64,000 nucleotides of DNA, taken from Octopus vulgaris. Taxonomy: Eukaryota. Under the pieces are notes generated by a model that saw only the letters and a list, made by a program, of their open reading frames with translations, was not told the DNA's origin and ran no database searches. The DNA lies in assembly GCA_951406725.2 (NCBI GenBank), contig OX597819.1:105772001-105836000 (forward strand), given 5' to 3'. A program made the translations under genes and the position numbers. The stretch's first letter is position 1. The number at the start of each line of letters is the position of its first letter. Shown here in pieces: positions 13,601 through 28,110 of the stretch.

Positions 13601-13940
13601 AAAAAAAAATATATATTACACATAACACACATGGTAAACACATATATCTATATGTTTACATGTAACGAACATATATAAATATATATATATATATAAATAT
13701 ATAAATATAAATAAGTATATAAATAATATAAACTAAAAAAATGTGTTGCACAATTGTATCTTATTTACCTACCCTCCATATATTGTATATATTTAAATAA
13801 TAAATACGATACTATATATATTATTATAATTTACAACATATAAATTCATTTTATATTCTTCATGGCATTGTTTATATATAATCTTTCTATATATTTTAAT
13901 GTTTTAGTTATTTTTATATTTACTTATATATATTTTTATA

Positions 13941-14157
13941 TTGTTAATACAAACAAGAAAACACAAAAAACAAAAAAACACAACAATGCGAGGACGTGGA
14001 ACAAATAAAGTATTATTGGACGCTCAGGAAAGAAGGGAAGAAGGAGGGTTTAACGTTTCGAGCGGAGCTCTTCGTCGGAAACATAGGAGAAGGAAAGATC
14101 CCGAGAAGGGAAGACAGAGGAAAAAATCGCCAGCGGTACTCACGAGGTCACATATTG
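13941..14157 (-). mobile_element. pLTR-like repeat with CCGACGA hammerhead motif (copy 2)
   Basis: Near-identical to 13405-13600 apart from a small indel. Confidence 0.65.
14048..14082 (-). ncRNA. Minimal hammerhead-like motif, U4C core variant
   Basis: gttt CCGACGA a gagc-tcc-gctc GAA acgt t aaac; palindromic ACGT helix III, GUU triplet. Confidence 0.55.
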
Positions 14158-15129
14158 TAAAAAAAAATTATTAAACTTTCCTATTTCAGATTTTGTTAGC
14201 TTAACTGAGTTAGTGAAAGTGTGACTCACGATATAGCTTTATAGTCCACGAAAAGAAAATATAGTTTGCGTTGAGCTAGAAAGTCAACACAGCCATCTGC
14301 TTTAATTTGCGTTGAATTGTTAGCTTGTGAATTTATTGATTTGCGTGTATTTATATTGTTTTCATTTGTTACGCTGTCCAATAAAACTCCATCGTGTGCA
14401 TTGTGGTCTATTTCGTACAGTTTGTTTTGTTGCTATGTCTAATTTCACAAAAATATTTTTAAAGCTGGAAACATATTTGTATGACTTTTAGCCTTGAAAA
14501 TTTGGTAGATTTTTTTTCTTATATAAAATAAAGATTTCTAACCTGATTGCTATCGTTTTAAAACGTTAGGCTTTTTAACCAACGAATACCATTGTCGCCT
14601 TTTACAAATGAAAATGCTCCCCACCATTTTTACATACTTGTCGCTTCTGTGGATGAAGCTTTTCATATAAAATTTTTGTAAGGACACACACACACGCACA
14701 CACACACACACACACACACGTGCGTGCGCGCACCAACATGTGCACATGTACATAATTCGTTTTAACTGAGACTTCAGGTTTTACCCAAAAACCTACTCAA
14801 CTGATCTAGATACACGGGATATCAGGAGGCGAAATTTGATGTTGCAGTTGAAACGAATTCTATATTAAATTAGACTCAGCTTTGGGAATTGAGTCTCCCC
14901 AGTAGTAAATCTTCAGTTAATATTTTAGAAATTGCTTTAAAATAATAATCTCAAATGAAAATTTTGTCATCACGCACCATACACACACATTTGTATATCT
15001 CAAAGCGCTTATACATATAATTATACATAAACACAAACACACATCATATATGTATGTACGTATGAAAGTATGTATGTATGTATGTATGCAGGTATGTTTG
15101 TACGTGCGTACGTATATATGTATGTATAC

Positions 15130-15781
15130 ACTGATGCTCCTTTGGAAGACATTCGTTCTCAGCCGCTTGGACTACTGCCCCCAACTATGGTCACCACACA
15201 ATATAAAGTTAACAGCAGAACTCGAAGCAATCCAACGAAGCGACACTAAAAAGATCGTCTCAATACAATATATCAGTTAAGAAGATCGTCTCAATGCAAT
15301 TAAAATATATATTAAAATTCTTCTCCCTGGAGCAAAGGCGGGAGAGATATGCACTGATATACATCTGGAAAATCCTGGAGGGTCTTGTCCCGAATTTTGG
15401 CATTGAAAGTTACCCCAACAGCAGAACGGGGCGCCACTGCATGGTGCCAAAGATCCCAACATCACCATCAAAATACAGGACCAGGTACTGCAACAGCTTG
15501 GGTTTCAGGGGACCACAGCTGTTCAATATCCTTCCTAAATGCCTGAGAGACCTGGTGTGGATATGGGTTCTTTAAAACTAAGCTGGATCTCTTCTTGTTA
15601 GGGGTCCCAGATAAACCTACCTCTCGGCAGGAAACACAGATGCTGGCAGCGACGTCGAACTCCCTTGTTGACCAAGTGCCACGTATCATCGGTGGTTTCA
15701 CATACTAGTGTAGCTCATTCAACGGTGGTGCCCTAGGATGGCCGCAGCTTTCGGGCTTAAACATTTTAAAGGATTTTAAGG

Positions 15782-15785
<4 letters not shown>
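15130..15785 (+). mobile_element. 3' end of a decayed CR1/Jockey-type non-LTR retrotransposon
   Basis: Frame fragments LWKTFVLSRLDYCPQLWSPH..ELEAIQR and SLEQRRERYALIYIWKILEGLVPN resemble the post-RT C-terminus; short repeated tail ttttaaaggattttaaggattt. Confidence 0.7.
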
Positions 15786-15820
<35 letters not shown>

Positions 15821-15909
15821 GCACTGCTTTATTTTGAGATTGCCAATATCAACATACAGACTGGAGTTGTAGTGCTCCACGTGAACTATATTCCACACAC
15901 AAAATCAAA

Positions 15910-16490
15910 TACATATTCTTCTACATTTATAAAACTGAAATAAAATTCCAAATATATAAATATAAAAATGCATATAAATATATAAATATAAAAATACATA
16001 TAAATAGATAAATATATTTATGATATATAAAACACAGTGACCTTTACATTTAAAAGTTACAGTACATTGGTGTAATAAAAATTTGAGATGATAAAACATT
16101 AAAAAGACGTACTAAAATACCACTCGAGAGGCTGGTATGTAATTGTATAATTGTATTTCTGTATTTGTGTTTTTCTTGCATTGTGTGAAAACATCCTGAT
16201 GAGGGAAGTGTCAGTTTTAAAAATATGAAATATACCATATTACTTGGCACGTCTCTGAAACGGCCCGTAGATGGAGTTTTAAATTTTTTGTAATATTTTC
16301 GTGGTATTTTAGTACGTTCTTTTAATGTTTTATCATTAAACTTTTATTGCACCAATGCACTGTAACTTTTAAATCTAAAATTCATTGTGTTTTATGCATC
16401 ATATCGATATTTATCTATTTATATGTATTTTTATATTTATATATTTGGAATTGTTATATCAGTTTTATAAATGTAGAAGAATATATATAT
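15910..16490. mobile_element. Inverted pLTR-like element containing a canonical HHR
   Basis: About 15912-16123 is inverted relative to about 16300-16490; an HHR lies in the spacer leading into the right arm. Confidence 0.65.
16192..16273 (+). ncRNA. Type I hammerhead ribozyme, canonical core
   Basis: catc CTGATGA gggaagtgtcag...ttggcacgtctct GAA acggcccgt a gatg; GUA cleavage triplet. Confidence 0.75.
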
Positions 16491-18176
16491 ATATATTTGC
16501 TTTTGTGTGTGGTTATTAATTATGTTCCTCTAGTTTCCGCCTGCATTGCCTCCATTCAGATTATTAAACTGTATATATATATATATATATATATAAAAAT
16601 GAATATGTATGCATGTATAAGTATATAAGTATATATATACATATATGTGTACACACACACACACATATATATTTGTATGTATATGCATATTCATAGCAAT
16701 TTTGTACTATGTAGATAAATTGCTCATTATCGATATCATAATTGGAACATAAGATACGAAAAAAAATTTGTCGAGGCTACAATTGATTTTTCTCAAAATA
16801 GAAAACAAATCTCATTTTAAGAGAAAATTATTTCTAAATATTTCTCGTCTTTTTCAACGCATTTAAACGCTCATCAATACCCATACTTATCTTGACACGC
16901 ACACTTACCTTCGCCCACACATATTTATGTTTTTATCTGCTTTCAGACTATTTACAAAAAACCGAGTATGCGGTTGCTCACTTTGAAAGAAATAATAGCC
17001 AATTCTTTCTAGAATCACCCCTTACTGTTTTTCTTTCAAAAGGAAGGACTTTTTCAGCAATGTAATTACACATACACGTGCGTGCACAAACGCACATACA
17101 CACATACGCAGAGAGACACACACATACATGCATACACATACAATGGACTTATTTACGAGTCAATGTAGGAGTCTGTACATAATTGCTCGGTCTGCGAGAA
17201 ATATCAACGACACCGCCTGCAAATTATACTCGCTTTGGAATGTGTATTGTACATTTCGATGTGCCATATGTCTGTTTCATCAGCAGAAATCCGTTAAAAC
17301 AGTATGAAATCCGGAAAAACAGTAAAAACTGCAAAATCATACGCTTGCATACCTATGTATGTATGTATGTATGTATGTATGTATGTATGTATGTATGTAT
17401 GTATGTATGTACGTATGTATATATGTATGTATGTAAGTATGTATGTATGTATGTATGTATGTATGTATGTATGTATGTACGTATGTATGTATGTATGCAT
17501 GCTTGTATGTATGTATGTATGTATTTATCTATCTCTATCTGCCTATCTGTCTATCTATCTACGCGCGTGTTAATGTTTGTGTGAGAGTGATAGTATACAT
17601 ACATACATACATACATACATACATACATACATACATTCATACATACATACATACATTCGTATGTATATAGCAATATATATATATATATGCATGTGAGTGT
17701 TAGTGTATGTGAGTACGTGTGTGTGCGTGTGTGTGTATGTGTGTATAAATGTAGAGGTATATCATCATATACTTGCACAGTATTGAATGGATGCAGTAAC
17801 GAAGAAACGCAATCTTTAACGTTGTACCTAATATTTGTTGCTTTGTTTAACTTATAAAATCTTAACTCTTGTTCGCCGAACAAATCACAACACTCCTTGC
17901 AAATAAAATAGAGATGTGGTGTAACTGGAAATAAAAATTTAAATGTTCGAGGATGTATATGTGAACTTCTTCAATATACGTCTGTACCCCGTCCAATTTT
18001 TCATGATTATAACAGATAACCATTCAGCTTATATGTTATGCATATTGTACTTTGTCATGTTTTCTGGTTTGTAGAGGGCACAGAATTATGCAAATCACTT
18101 TGTCAGATATGTTATCGTGAATAATGACGTGGGTGTATCTTACTTCACAAATAAGATATAGCTCTTATATGAAGTA

Positions 18177-18618
18177 CTAGCAGTATCGCCCGGCGTTGCT
18201 CGGGTTTGTAAGGGAAATAACTATATAAGCATTTTTAGAGATGTAAAGTATAATCATCATCATCATCGTTTAACGTCCGCTTTCCATGCTAGCATGGGTG
18301 CCATCTCAATATGGCTAACCACAAAGGGGGGGGGTGTTACTGTAGCTTTTTACGTTCTGAGATTTAATAATAAATTTTTAGAGAGTTACTTCCCTTATAT
18401 ATGCCAAAAATGCATTAAAAATGAGAAAAATTGATGGTAAATTATTTTTAAAATCGTAGACTCATAGTAGACGCGCGCTAATACCCAGAAGGGCTCGATA
18501 TGAATCACAACTATAAGATACCCGGTTTTGGTTAAACTGCACCGCAAAATGTGGGAGTAGTTAGGAATCTAAATCGTAGGAGACAGACAGCACACAACCT
18601 CACTTTTATATATACAGA
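18177..18618 (-). mobile_element. Non-autonomous Helitron
   Basis: On the minus strand: 5' TC, subterminal hairpin cccgagcaacgccggg, 3' CTAG, A|T target; homologous to 24735-25132. Confidence 0.8.
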
Positions 18619-18649
18619 TTTGGTGTCTCTCACATCTCTATCTTCTATC

Positions 18650-18855
18650 TTCTTTTATTTGTTTCATCATTGGACTGCAGCCATGGTGGGGTGTTACCTT
18701 ATAGGGTCTAGTTCAACAAATAAACACTAGTGTTTATTTAAGTCTGGTAATTATTCAAACGTTTCCCTATACCGAACCGCTATGTTACGGGGTCTTAAAA
18801 CAATACTGGCTGCAGAGCTTTTGTGGGGTACAAATACAAAGACAAAGACACACAC

Positions 18856-18911
<56 letters not shown>

Positions 18912-19085
18912 ACACGCGCACGCACACACACAGATGTATACGACGAGCTTCTTTCAGTTTCCGTCTACCAAATCCACTTACAAGTCCGGGGCTATAATTG
19001 TGGAAACGGGTTCACGAAGTAGAAAAGGACATGACCGCATGGTTGGGAAACAAGTTTTTTAACCACGCAGGCACTCCCGCGCCTA
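18650..19085 (-). mobile_element. SINE family D (diverged)
   Basis: Reverse-complement similarity to 49254-49652, including the internal (CA)n. Confidence 0.7.
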
Positions 19086-21959
19086 TGTAAAAGTTCCATC
19101 GATACCAAATCTACTTTCTATTATGGTTGTTGTTGATATTCAGCTAAACTCTGTTCAAGCAGAGCTAAAATTAGCAGCATTACAATCATGATCATACCGT
19201 ATATTTCAATCAGTGTGATCCTAGACAACAGAGATCCAGCGATACGCATCACCCATAAGTGAGTATCCCTTAGGAGGATATTAGATGCTTTCGCTAATTG
19301 TTATATGTGTGTGTAGAAATGAGCAGACAACGACACTCTCTCGGTTCTTTCACCTTGAGCCATCGATGATATGATAGTCAGAGGAAAGAGAGCTGCACCA
19401 ACACTCGGATGGCGTGTATTTAGGCTAGATTAGACTGGAGAAACATAAAATGAAAGAAACAACTCAAAGAAACAACTGATCGCCCAGTTCACGATTTTAC
19501 GGTCATGAGCAAATTAACCTAATCACTTGATCACAAGATTTCTAATTCAAATAAACACTGATGGTGATAATGAAATCAATACCTTCGACATCAAGGTATA
19601 TTTTTCGGCCAGATTCTTCGACAATGATGAGGCATACAATACTACGCCTGATTTCTATTGAAGAATCTGAAATAACATCAGAAAATGTAAACGAAATTTA
19701 GTCCGCCATGAATCAGTTATATATAAATGTCTCTACTTTGTGTTCTATACACTACTTCAAGTATTGTATTCTAGCTTCCATGCTAATGGAAAGACAGTAT
19801 ATTGCATTTAAAATATTTCTCTGTATTATATTTATCTATCTACTGTCAGAGTGAGCTAGGTATTCTTGAATGTTTTTGTCTGTTGCAAACATTCAAATTG
19901 AACTTTTAATTCAATTCCTCTTTTTACGATAAAAAAAAACGATCGATCAGCGTCTATTTTTGTTTAATGTATTCTCAATGCTAAATGCTAAATGTATTCT
20001 CAATGATGATTGCTAAATGTATTCTCAATGATGATTGCTAAAGTCTATAAGTAGACAGTAGTCTTGGCTTCTTGAAGCTAACTTTCGACAGCTTTCAGTA
20101 TAAAAATATATGGAATCACGCTACAAAGAATTAGGAAGTTTTCATTAAGAACTAGGACTGAACTTCAGCAAAATAAGTACCTTCACACTTCAGTCGTATT
20201 ACATATATGTAAAATTATTAAACACAGCAATAATGTTATACACCTTAAAGCGCCGTCTTCAACGGGGTGCCACGAATAGCTAATATTCTTAATGGCTTCT
20301 ATGATTTTTAGGTCGAATTTGATTATGAAGTCGGTCATACCAATAGCTTGAAACATATTTAAGAATCTAATTGCTGGAGGGGATGCTCTATGAAAGCATA
20401 TATTTCGTCTTTAATATCTAAATAATCTGGATGAATTTATTATGTTCCTTTCTCAAGAAGACGTTCATTTATAAATATTGTACCATGTCGAATATCATTA
20501 ATTTTCGGAGCTCTGTGTTTACTATTTTCTACAACTTTGATCAAAATTTTGTCTCAGCAGTATATCTAAGACATTTACTAAGTTTGTTTAAAACGTTTTC
20601 GTCCGTCGCTCTTTAAAGTTTGTGTTCTTTTATGTGACATATTTGTCAAATTTTTCACTGTTGTTCAATGACAGGTGTCTGATTAATATCCATTCTATGT
20701 GGCTGAAATTGATATGATTACTTGTATTACATAATATGTCTAGCCACTAACAATAACAACAACAACGACAACAACAACGACAACGACAACGACAACAACA
20801 CTAATAACAGTTTACTTGAGAAAATTAGTTTTTTTTTCTTTTTACTAGTACTGGGGAGGAAGAACAAGACAGGAAACTCGACATAATGAATTATTCAGTA
20901 TTATTCAGACAAGAAGTTAATATAATGTGTCTGTCTGTCTGTCTGTCTCTATCTATCTATCTATCTATCTATCTTCGTCTCCCCCCTCTCTCTCTCCACA
21001 CACACATATAAATATAAATAATACACACATAAATATAAATAATACATACATATAAATATAAATAATACATACATATATATATATGTGTGTGTGTATTTAT
21101 ATATATGTGTGTGTGTGTGGAGAGAGAGAGAAGCAGGAGAGACGAGGATAGATAGACATACAGACAGACATATATATATATATGTACACATCTGAAATAT
21201 GGTTGTAAATATGTGATCATATAATAAATATTGATTCAATTACACATTTGTACCACGAAATAACAAAACAGCTAATGTAGAATAGACTTCAGATAGAAAC
21301 GTAGAACTGAAAGCAAGTTCAGGTAGTGCAGTCTTTTGAAATAAACTCTAACAGAATAACATTTTGTACAATAGTTGAAGTTCCGTATGCTGTATTTACA
21401 TTTAAAATCACTATTTCTACGATAGTATTTGTTCAACCTCTGATCAGCCTTGATCTAACAGAACAGTGAACAAAAGTATCTATGTCTAGAATATTAAAGG
21501 TGCCTTCTCTGTATTTTGAGATATCAGTCGTTCTAATGTGATGAGGGAGGTTTGATTTCTATTCCAGTAGGGTGAGCAACAAGCTTTGTTGTTGGTATTT
21601 CGCTCTAGATCGGCCCTGATGGAGCGGGAGACTATGGGAGAAAATATTCTAGCTACGACCATGCTGTACTAGTGCACGATTTATCTCAGAATACATTATC
21701 CAACACAAACCTATTTTATAAGAAGATATAGAATGACAATTTAAGAAATACATTGACTACTATATCTGATAGTTCATCCGGCTACGTAGAAAATTAATGG
21801 TTAGTAGTAACAGGATATTCACAATATACTGTTGCCTTATAGAGATGTAATATATTTCTATAATAAAAGTAAATTTTGGCTTTATAAAGAAAATCATATA
21901 GTATTTCTGTTATATTTTACGTTCTGAGTTAAGCCAAAACGTATCTTTCTTACGTTTTC

Positions 21960-22395
21960 TATCTGTAAGTCATTGGACTGCGGCTATACTGGAGCACCGT
22001 CTTGATGAGTTTAGTCAAACAAGTAGACCCCTGTATTCATCTAGTCTGGTATTTATTATATCTGTCTCTTCTGCCGAAGCGTCAAGGAATGTCAACAAAG
22101 CAACACTGGTTGTTAAGCGGTACTGGGGGACAAGCACAGACACATGGACACACAAACACATGCACTTAAACATATACACGATGGGCTTCCACAGAATTTC
22201 AACTTACAAATGTCTTCTACTGTAGCCCTGAAGTATAGTAGAAGACACTTCGCAGAGGTGCTGCACAATGTTTAATCTATCGACCCTGAAAGGATGAAAG
22301 GCTAAGTTTGATCTCAGTGGAATTTGAACTCAGAGCGTAGCAAGGGAAACACCGCTAAGCATTTCGTCCAGCGTGCAAACAATTCTGCCAGCTTG
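21960..22395 (-). mobile_element. Family D SINE remnant adjacent to a family A SINE fragment
   Basis: gtcattggactgcggctatactggagcacc (D tail) followed by cgaccctgaaaggatgaaaggc (A core). Confidence 0.65.
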
Positions 22396-22399
22396 CATG

Positions 22400-22479
<80 letters not shown>

Positions 22480-22689
22480 TAATAATAATAATAATATAAA
22501 TAAGATTAAAATGTTTTGCTACTTGACTTTTGAACCACTCACTATTATAATTCTAATTTTCTTGATAACCCAAAATATAGAATATAATGTAAGATAATTA
22601 AGGTTAGGAGTAGCTGTGTAGGCACAGGAGTGGCTGTGTGTTAAGTAGCTTGCTTACCAACCACATGGTTCTGGGTTCAGTCCCAACAC

Positions 22690-22721
<32 letters not shown>

Positions 22722-22723
22722 AG

Positions 22724-22965
22724 AATTAATGTGACAATTATTCGGTAGCCCCGAGTTTCAAATGTCGGGGCGGAAACCCACGCCGCTATCTCTTCAGTTA
22801 TCCGGCCATCGAAAAAATGCTATGAAAATGACCCGACATCCGAATCTCGGAGATTTATCATGGCTACCGAATAATTGTCACATGTTAATTTTACAGATAA
22901 ATTCCTCTATTTACATAATATCGAGGTCTCTTTCATACTTTTGTTGTTTTACCATTTCTATCAAT
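22724..22965. mobile_element. Inverted pLTR-like element with a split CUGAAGA hammerhead
   Basis: aattaatgtgacaattattcggtagcc is inverted against ggctaccgaataattgtcacatgttaatt. The minus arm has gataa CTGAAGA gat...GAAactc and the plus arm has gacatccgaatctcggagatttatc. The tail matches 45300-45350. Confidence 0.55.
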
Positions 22966-23109
<144 letters not shown>

Positions 23110-24225
23110 ATATATATGCATCATTTGAAAACTCATCTTGTGAGTGTACTAATAAGGCTGCGAAGTAGGTGAAATGTAATAGTGTATTTTTGTAGTATAT
23201 AAAGAAATATAATGGATTGTCTCATCGGATGCTGTGAAACTCGACTCCAGAGTTAGCTTCAGATTTAATAACCTCTGTCTTTCCGTCTGTGTCTCTCTAT
23301 ATACATGTAAGTATGTTTGTGTGTGTGTGCATGTGCATGTACATATGCATACATACACTTACATAAATACGTACATACATATATTTGTATATGTCTGTGT
23401 AAACCTTTGGGTGTGGATGTGCCTTCGTGTAAGTATGCTCAATCGTTTATTACTATAAGAATGAAGGAATTGATTTTTTAATAAAAGAATATTTACTCAC
23501 GCCAATAAAAGTCAGAAAATAACAATTGCAGTAGTTATTAGAAACATGAGTAAATGTGACGGCTGCAATAATACCATATGAAAAATATTGAACAAACGAG
23601 CACATGAAAGATGGTGCTGATGACGAAAGAACAAAACTTGAAAGAAAACAAAACAAAAGCAACAAAAAAACTGTAAATAGCATAGTTGATTATTAGTTAT
23701 TCACTAATCCATTACAACTTCTACGAAAGTAAAATTGGACGCGGAATAACGATATACAAAAGATAAAGAAAAAACAAAACAGAAAAAGGAAAAAAAAACA
23801 ACGAAGTAAAATGCATGTTTAAAAAACAAAAGTAAAATGTGTATCTAATTATCCTCCTTATGTATTAGCTCAAAACATTTCAAGAGGGATAAAACAAAAT
23901 GGATAATTTTAAACAAACAATGGAAAACAGAATGATATTAAAGAAAAATGTGAGGGAGTAATTAGTCACATGTATTCATGAAATAAATATGTTAGTGTGA
24001 TTAATTATCTATTTATATGACTGTTTAGTCATAATATAAACATATCCATTACTGTACACAATCCCATTCATTTCCATGGTCGGGAAGGCCAGGAAAACAA
24101 CCTGTTGCAAAAAGTGCTGAAGCTCATTTGTATACACAATCATATATTCTACAACTACTATGGTGAATTTTCAAAGTGTGTGCATGTATATGTGCGTGTG
24201 TGTGTGAGTGTGTGCGTATGTGCTC

Positions 24226-24284
<59 letters not shown>

Positions 24285-24734
24285 TATATTATATATATAT
24301 ATACATACATACATACACTTTGTCTTTCATCCTTCAGGGGTCGATAAATTAAGTACCAGTTACGCACTGGGGTCGATGTAATCGACTTAATCCCTTGTCT
24401 GTCCTTGTTTGTCCCCTCTATGTTTAGCCCCTGTGGGTAGTAAAGAAATATATATATACATACATACACACGCGTACATTAATAGGTAGATGTTAAATTA
24501 AGATTCTTTTAGAGCAACAGTAATGTAGAACCAGATTTCATTTTTACTGGTTTTCACTTCATGGTTTATTCAACCGCTTCAATAAACCATATAACCAACG
24601 TGAAAGTCTTACTGAAAACGGCAAACATACATATGTGTGTGTGTGTGTGTGAGTTGGGACATATACATACATACATACCTACCTACATATATATATATAT
24701 GCCAAAAGATTAAAAAGAGAGTAAAGAGTATATA

Positions 24735-25132
24735 TCTTTAGATATAAAAGTAAGGTTGTGTGTCTGTCTCCTACGATTTAGATTCCTAACTACTCCCACA
24801 TTTTGCGGTGCAGTTTAACCAAAAGCGGGTATCTTATAGTTGTGATTCATATCGAGCCCTTCTGGGTATTAGCGCGCGTCTACGATGAGTCTACGATTTG
24901 AAAAAAAAAATTACCATCATTTTTTTTCCATTTTAATGCATTTTTTCGCTATTATATACGGGAAGTAACTCTCTAGAAATGTCTACGATGAGTCAACGAT
25001 TTAAAAAAAATTTACCATCATTTTTTTTCCATTTTTAACGCATTTTTTGCTATTTTTTGGCTATAACTCTCTAAAAATGCTTATATAGTTATTTCCCTTA
25101 CAAACCCGAGCAACGCCGGGCGATACTGCTAG
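24735..25132 (+). mobile_element. Non-autonomous Helitron
   Basis: A|TC start, hairpin cccgagcaacgccggg, CTAG|T end, no target-site duplication; internal duplication of the gtctacgatgagt block. Confidence 0.85.
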
Positions 25133-25699
25133 TATAATATAAAATAATGATGTAGATTCAGCGAGTCTTGTGGATATCATAGAAAGCAAGCTTCTCTCAC
25201 AGACTAGGTTACCAATCCACGTATTAATACAATACAGAGTATGATGTAGAATGTAGAATGTTCATGCAAATGAAATTCAGAAGATCTGATCGATGAAAGT
25301 ATATCATGTGGAGTATATAAACTATAAATGCCAGGAAGTATGAGAGGTGAACGTATATTTATTTAAACACGTGACATCTTCAGGATTACGGCTGTTTCAC
25401 AACGTTCTTGGTGCAATGATTTCAATATGGCGGAATTTATGTTTACACATCTGGACTAACATGCCTTCTCCGCATTATACAATGCAGTTGTATATTCATC
25501 GAATATGCATTGATTTGTTAATTTACAACTATATTGCATAAGCTGAGCATGCATACTAATCTAACCATATATGCATAATTTCTTCCACACGGCAGTGAGA
25601 GCTAGCAGTGAAATTCAGGAGGCAGTATGTCGAGGGACATGGCTGTGTTTACTTCACAAGTAGTGAAATTTGTGTTTTGTGATCAATTGTATGCTGTTG

Positions 25700-26600
25700 C
25701 CTGCGATTTTTGTAAAGGACAGACAATTGGAACAAAGAAATTTTGCGTTGGTGTTGGGAAGTCTGCTACATAGCCATTGAACATATTCAGCAAGCTTACA
25801 GCAATGAGGCAATGTGTCGTACACAATGTTTCGAGTGGCACGGAGCATCAAAATCCGAAGCTCAATCAAGAGCATATTCTCTTTTACTCTTTTACTTGTT
25901 TCAGTCATGTGACTGTGGTCATGCTGGAGCACCACCTTTAGTCGAACAAATCGAGGATTTATACTTTGTAAGCCTAGTTCTTATTCTATCGGTCTCTTTT
26001 GCTGAATCGCTAAGTTACGGGGACGTAAACACACATGCATCGGTTGTCAAGCGATGTTGGGGGGGGACAAACACATCGTTTCTTTCGACATCCGCGGTAT
26101 TGTGCATCGGGAATTCGTCTCCCAGGTGCAGAGTGTCAATAGAGGGTTCTACTGTGAAGTTTTGAAGCTTTCAAGGGAGGACATTCGGCGAAAGCGACCA
26201 TATCTGTGGAACGCGAAAGATTGGATTCTTCCCAATGTCCCCAAGTTTTCCTCACGCGTGACTGTCTCCGTAAAGACAACATAGTATCGCCTCCTCACCC
26301 CCCTATTCGCTAGATTTAGAACCTGCGGACTTCCATCTCTACTTCAAGATGAAAATGCAGCTCAAAGGTCACCGTTTTAACACCGTTGTCAAGATCAAGA
26401 GCAAATCGCAGAAGGTCCTCGACTAACTTACAGAAAACGACCTCCAAGTCGGATTCCAAAAATGGCAGGAACGCTGGGACCGGTGTATTGCTGCACAAGG
26501 TGACAATTTCGATGAAAGAGATGATGTTAAAACTTAGGTAAATAAGTTATTTTTTATATTAAACATAATCAGTCTAGGAACTTATTGAGATACCTCGTTC
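25700..26600 (+). mobile_element. Decayed mariner transposon interrupted by a family D SINE fragment (25884-26075, minus)
   Basis: HTH-like fragment QQAYSNEAMCRTQCFEWH; the later frame reads PPYSLDLEPADFHLY, matching the mariner YSPDLAPxD motif. Confidence 0.75.
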
Positions 26601-26860
26601 GGTATATATTTATATAGGACTCCTACAACTCACTCAACAAGAATTCCCTACTCGAATGGACCTGACTACAAAACCTGACTTAAAACAGATTTAGCAAATC
26701 CTATCAGGTGGTGGTATCTAGGTTATCTAAGCTATATATATATATATATATATGAGAAGGGCAATATACATCAAACATATATACATACATTATGCACACA
26801 CACACACACACACATACATGTCTATATGCATTTGTGTGCTGTGTGCGTATATGTGAGTAG

Positions 26861-26892
<32 letters not shown>

Positions 26893-27179
26893 GCAATTCA
26901 TAGCATGTATTGCTCCTCTTACAAAATTCGTCTCCTTTAATTGCAATTTTCTACTACCTGCTGTTATTATTTATTAATTATTGCATGTATAATCCAGTTA
27001 TCTCCATGAAGCTCTTAAACCATCTTTTTTTTTTCCAGTTACCAACAATATTTTCCATTTGCTCTATTCAGTTCCAATTCTGTACAACAAATTCAGTTTT
27101 TTTCTTTTTTCTGTTCAGCTAATTCTTATCATTCTTCCGTTATACGAAACCTGGAAACTTCTTATGTCATTTTCTCCTT

Positions 27180-28035
27180 CTCTTAGCTTCTTTAAGTGTC
27201 CTCAAACAATCAGATCCATACACTGATACTTAAAATGTCATACTGTGAAACCCTTCAAATTGCTCATTTTACTTGATAGAATTTTTCTCTAAATGCCGTT
27301 TAGAATTATAACAGCAGATTTTACTACGGCAGCACTTCGTTTTATTTCTTTGCTGTCGACACATTGACTTGTAATGATACTTCTGAAAAATAGCAAAACT
27401 CATACACCATGTTGGCAGTTTGATTACCAATTACTATAGGATCATGTTGGTGATTTGCTTCTGACACAATCAATGATTCAGTTTTGTCGAACGAATAAAT
27501 CATAATATTCAAGTTTTTCTGTCAGCATCTTCATGACAACTCTCAATTCCTCTAAGCTACCCGCAACAGGAACAATGTCATTGGAATATTTGAAATTGGT
27601 GGCCATCCGTTCACCCATTATTAACTTTACGGTCAAAATATTCTTGATCTTTCCTCATTATACATTATGAATAATGAAGGAAAAAAGATACATCATTCAG
27701 TCTCAAAATGACTCTGCATCACATTAGTTTCTCAGATGCTGTGTGCTAAGAAAACAAGTGATTCGAATTATATAAAATGTCGAGAAAATCCCATTTCTAC
27801 CATCATTAGACAAACGTTGGATGAATAATTGTGTCACATGTTTTTCGATAGCCAATAAAAGCAATAAACAATTCTTTGTCACGTTCTCTCAAGTCCCATG
27901 AATAACCATTTTCAGGTTAACAATAGCATCGCTGCTTCCCTTTACAGATCTAAAAACGATTTGTTCTACTGCTATTTCTATTTTACATGTGATTTTAATT
28001 CTGTTGGTAATAATCTTCAGATTTTACCAGCAAAT
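27180..28035 (-). mobile_element. Decayed RTE-like LINE reverse transcriptase fragment
   Basis: Minus frame near 27560-27610 reads TNFKYSNDIVPVAGSLEEL (NLRFADD-like); homologous to 31190-31720. Confidence 0.55.
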
Positions 28036-28079
28036 CTAAATGTACACTTGCATGTGTATGTGTGTGAGTGCGAGTATAC

Positions 28080-28110
<31 letters not shown>

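Noticed and set aside
17240-17290. Minus-strand ctgatga...gaaatgtacaat hammerhead candidate
   Set aside because: No convincing helix I or II.
25365-25402. Minus-strand gaaacagccgtaatc-ctgaaga as a permuted (type II) hammerhead
   Set aside because: Only 3 nt lie between the cleavage site and the core, so helix I cannot form; more likely a deleted remnant.
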